DNA of 64,000 nt, taken from the NCBI GenBank assembly GCA_965243135.1, contig OZ251539.1, forward strand, positions 2,624,001 to 2,688,000. The letters are read 5' to 3'. Shown piece by piece: positions 61,250 through 64,000 of the stretch. The position numbers and the translations under genes were made by a program. The stretch is from Alphaproteobacteria bacterium (GTDB taxonomy: Bacteria > Pseudomonadota > Alphaproteobacteria > MPNO01 > UBA830). The notes under the pieces are model-generated. The model searched no databases. It was not told where the DNA came from and saw only the letters and a program-made list of their open reading frames with translations. Every line of letters begins with the position of its first letter. The stretch's first letter is position 1.

Positions 61250-62848
61250 TCAGGTTCCTTGATTGGGGTCGCGATAAAGTTCGCCGACGACCTGCGTTCG
61301 TCCGGGCATGCTTTCGGTTAGATGGTACCTGCCGTCGCGGTCGCGGCCGAGCCGGCCTGCCTGACGCAACGCGTCGAGCGCGCACGCGACTTCGCGTCCG
61401 TCGTCGCTGCCGACCGCTTCGACGATATGGGAAAAGAACATCGGGCCGTTCTCGAGAGCCTGCTCGACCGTCTGAAAGCGCGGCCGTCCGTCGAACGTTT
61501 TGGCGGCGCACCTTACGAACCGGATTTCGGCGTCGCGGCCGAACGGCCGGGTGCAGTCGAAGCCGGCTTTCGCTCCGGTTCGCCGCCCCTGCAGCGACGG
61601 ATCCATCGTCATCGAGGTCATGCCGGTGAGCATGACGATGTCCTCGTCCGCCTGAAAGCGGGTGCCGAACGCCCATTCGACCTGCCGGTCGTCACGGATG
61701 TCGACGTCCTCGTCGAAGACCCAGATATGCTTCAGCGGCCGAAGGCCGCCGAACAACGCGGCGATGGCGTTTCGCGCGTCGCCGGGCATGCGCTGCTTCA
61801 ACGACACCCGAAGCGCGTTGGACCCGCCCGCCATCGGGCGGAGGCAGGCCGCGACCGGCTCGCGCACGGCGTTCCGCAGGATGCGCATTGCGTCGGCCTC
61901 CACCCGGAGCGCCATAATGCTGGCCGAATCCGTCTGGTCGAGGACGAACGCTGTCCCGTGCTGCAGGGTCTGGTGCAGCACGTCGCTGCGCATGGTGATC
62001 GCGGTGCACGTGAACACCGGATCCATGTGGATCGTGCCGTAGTAGCCCATGTACTCGCCGAACGGACCTTCCGGTTCGCAATATCCGCGTTCGTCGAGAT
62101 ATCCCTCCAGCGCGATCTCGGAGTCGGCCGGAACGCGGATGTCGTTGGTCAGGCTCTTCACGACGGGCGCCGCTTCGCCCCGCATGGTGGCGATCAGGCT
62201 CAGTTCGTCGCCCGGGATCCGCGTGGTGGCCGCGAAGAAGTCGAGCGGATGGCTGCCGATGGTGAACGTGACCGGCAGGCGCTCGCGCCGTTCCGCGCAG
62301 CCCTCGTAGATCCGCTTGAGGTCGGAGGGCGCCGTGACGTTGGTTCCTGCCTGATAGCGGTTCCGCAGCGACAGCCGCCGGCTGCCGACGTTGGTGCGGC
62401 CGGTTTCCGGGTCGATCGTGTAGTCGATGCCCGAAGAGATGTACGAACTCCCGTCGAATTCGTGCTGCGGATGAAACGGCAGGACGGTCAGGTCGACATC
62501 GTTGCCGGTGATCGCAACCGCGTGCAGCGGCGCCTCGCCGGAGGGCACCTCGACCACCTTTTGCGGGTTGGCCAGCCGCCGATGAAGTTCGTCGTAAACA
62601 TCCGCTTCGGTGCTGTCCAACGCGGCGACCAGGCGCTTGCGCGCCGCCGCCGCCTTGGCGATCACCTCCACTTGTTGCGGTCCGGCTTTCCTGAAGAGGA
62701 CCGCCTTCGGCGTGGCTTCGATGATCGCGCTCAGGCCGGTCAGGGGAACCGGCTCGTCGTGGATCTCCACTTCGTCGAGGCCGATCAGGCGCTCGACGAA
62801 GCGGCGTAGACGGAAGCGTTCGTAATCGATTCCGGGCGTAGCGGACAT
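61250..62848 (-). CDS. UbiD-family (prFMN-dependent) decarboxylase
   Basis: HEFDGSSYIS, EIALEG, EGPFGEYMGYY and VFDEDVDI..VEWAFGTR. ATG 62848. Confidence 0.9.
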   Translation of the reverse strand: MSATPGIDYERFRLRRFVERLIGLDEVEIHDEPVPLTGLSAIIEATPKAVLFRKAGPQQVEVIAKAAAARKRLVAALDSTEADVYDELHRRLANPQKVVEVPSGEAPLHAVAITGNDVDLTVLPFHPQHEFDGSSYISSGIDYTIDPETGRTNVGSRRLSLRNRYQAGTNVTAPSDLKRIYEGCAERRERLPVTFTIGSHPLDFFAATTRIPGDELSLIATMRGEAAPVVKSLTNDIRVPADSEIALEGYLDERGYCEPEGPFGEYMGYYGTIHMDPVFTCTAITMRSDVLHQTLQHGTAFVLDQTDSASIMALRVEADAMRILRNAVREPVAACLRPMAGGSNALRVSLKQRMPGDARNAIAALFGGLRPLKHIWVFDEDVDIRDDRQVEWAFGTRFQADEDIVMLTGMTSMTMDPSLQGRRTGAKAGFDCTRPFGRDAEIRFVRCAAKTFDGRPRFQTVEQALENGPMFFSHIVEAVGSDDGREVACALDALRQAGRLGRDRDGRYHLTESMPGRTQVVGELYRDPNQGT

Positions 62849-63150
62849 GGCGTTTCCTTCCAGTGAGTTGTGCCCGACGGCCGCGCCGCAGCTGGATGCG
62901 TCCGACGGAATCGTCGCCAGCTTCTGGGGCGCCGGTCTTCGCGGACAATCGCACCATGTTCCGCGTTCGTCGTCGTCGGCCGGATTTTCGGATCCGCGCA
63001 GCGGTCGCGTCAAGCGGAAAGAAGCGCCGTGTCCCGGCGCGCGAAAGGACGCAGCGCAAACGCCTCCCGGCCGATTTGCCGTTTCGGCCGGGCCGGGATA
63101 CGGTTCGCTCACCCGGCTGGCGTCCGGCGCTCCCCGAGACTGGGATGGGC

Positions 63151-64000
63151 ATGAGCGAATATTCGGCAAACGCTTTCAGACTCCGGCATTTCGTCGAACG
63201 GCTCGAAGAGGCCGGCGAACTCGACCGCATCGGCTGCCGGGTCGAACTCGCCGATGTCGCCGCCCGTCTCGACGGCAATCCCAAAGCCGTCCTCTTCGAA
63301 GCGGCGGGTCCGGAAGAAGCGGAGCTCGTCGGCAACGTCATGGGCGGGCGGCGGCGCATCGCGATGGCGCTGGGCGTCGAGGAAAAGGATCTCCTGCATA
63401 CCGTAATCGAACGTCTGCGCGGTTCGGTCCCGCCGGTCGAGGTGTCCGCGGCGGAAGCGCCGTGCCAGGAGGTCGTTTGGCGGGGCGACGAGGCGGACTT
63501 CACGCGCCTTCCAATTCATCTCCAGCACGAGCTCGACGGCGCGCCGTACATTTCCGCCGGTATCGACATCGCGTCGAGCATCGACGGCGCCAAGCGCAAT
63601 GTCGGCTACCGGCGGATCATGCTGCGCGGCCGCAGGGAGGCCGGCATCGACCTCGTTGCGCCGAGCGATCTTCGCGGCATGTACGCACCGTATTCGCAGC
63701 GGAATCTGCGCATGCCGATGGCTTTCGCGATCGGCTCCCACCCGGCCGACGGCATCGCGGCGACGAGCATGACCGTCCACGATGACGAACTCGGCGTAAT
63801 GGGTTCGATCCGCGGCGCGCCGGTGCCGCTGGTCAAATGCGTTTCGATCGACGCGTGGGCGCCCGCCGATGCGGAGTTCGTTCTCGAAGGGCATCTCGAC
63901 GGCAGGGGCTGGTGCGAGAGCGAAGGACCGTACGGGGAATATGTCGGATATTACGGACGCATGAAAACCAATCCCGTGTTCGAGCTGACCGCGATCACGA
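63151..64000 (+). CDS. Second UbiD-family decarboxylase, 3'-truncated by window edge (not in the ORF track)
   Basis: MSEYSANAFRLRHFVERL..HELDGAPYISAG..EFVLEG..EGPYGEYVGYY. Open to the window end. Confidence 0.88.
   Translation, partial: MSEYSANAFRLRHFVERLEEAGELDRIGCRVELADVAARLDGNPKAVLFEAAGPEEAELVGNVMGGRRRIAMALGVEEKDLLHTVIERLRGSVPPVEVSAAEAPCQEVVWRGDEADFTRLPIHLQHELDGAPYISAGIDIASSIDGAKRNVGYRRIMLRGRREAGIDLVAPSDLRGMYAPYSQRNLRMPMAFAIGSHPADGIAATSMTVHDDELGVMGSIRGAPVPLVKCVSIDAWAPADAEFVLEGHLDGRGWCESEGPYGEYVGYYGRMKTNPVFELTAIT

Overview
GC-rich alphaproteobacterial (Rhodospirillales-like) chromosome segment. The housekeeping backbone is lepA-pheT-pheS-rplT-rpmI-trxA-addA-addB, murU-amgK-tsaE-ahcY, rapZ-chvG-chvI, topA-rnr-rpmG, prmC-prfA, hisS-rodZ-fabK-like-lysC, ubiG and DUF1178-nitrilase. 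It is interrupted by several accessory blocks. (1) A NurA-like nuclease + HerA-like ATPase operon and an ATPase/PD-(D/E)XK gene lie next to the 3' end of tRNA-Ser(GGA). (2) A defence islet between murU and addB carries a DUF262/HNH GmrSD-like gene, a decayed ABC-ATPase + DUF4276 pair, an HsdS-like scrap and a repeat coiled-coil protein. (3) Three mosaic paralogues of an AAA-ATPase-like/PD-(D/E)XK gene share a sigma70 promoter (leaderless geometry in two copies) and a flanking repeat. One paralogue is split by a decayed group II intron (41261-44831, ends and EBS1/IBS1 pairing readable), and that intron is itself split by an intact IS (42223-43871, 18-bp IRs, 9-bp target duplication). (4) A catabolic cluster holds a maleate-isomerase-like gene, GFA, two Rieske oxygenases and two divergent UbiD decarboxylases. 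Genes expected from alphaproteobacterial synteny (hprK, manX, npr, ptsP, ispG, pckA) are absent from their usual slots. The best candidates for undescribed biology are the stand-alone NurA-HerA module in an AddAB-containing genome and the repeat-flanked, promoter-carrying, multicopy ATPase-nuclease module. All family assignments come from motif recognition by eye, not from database searches.
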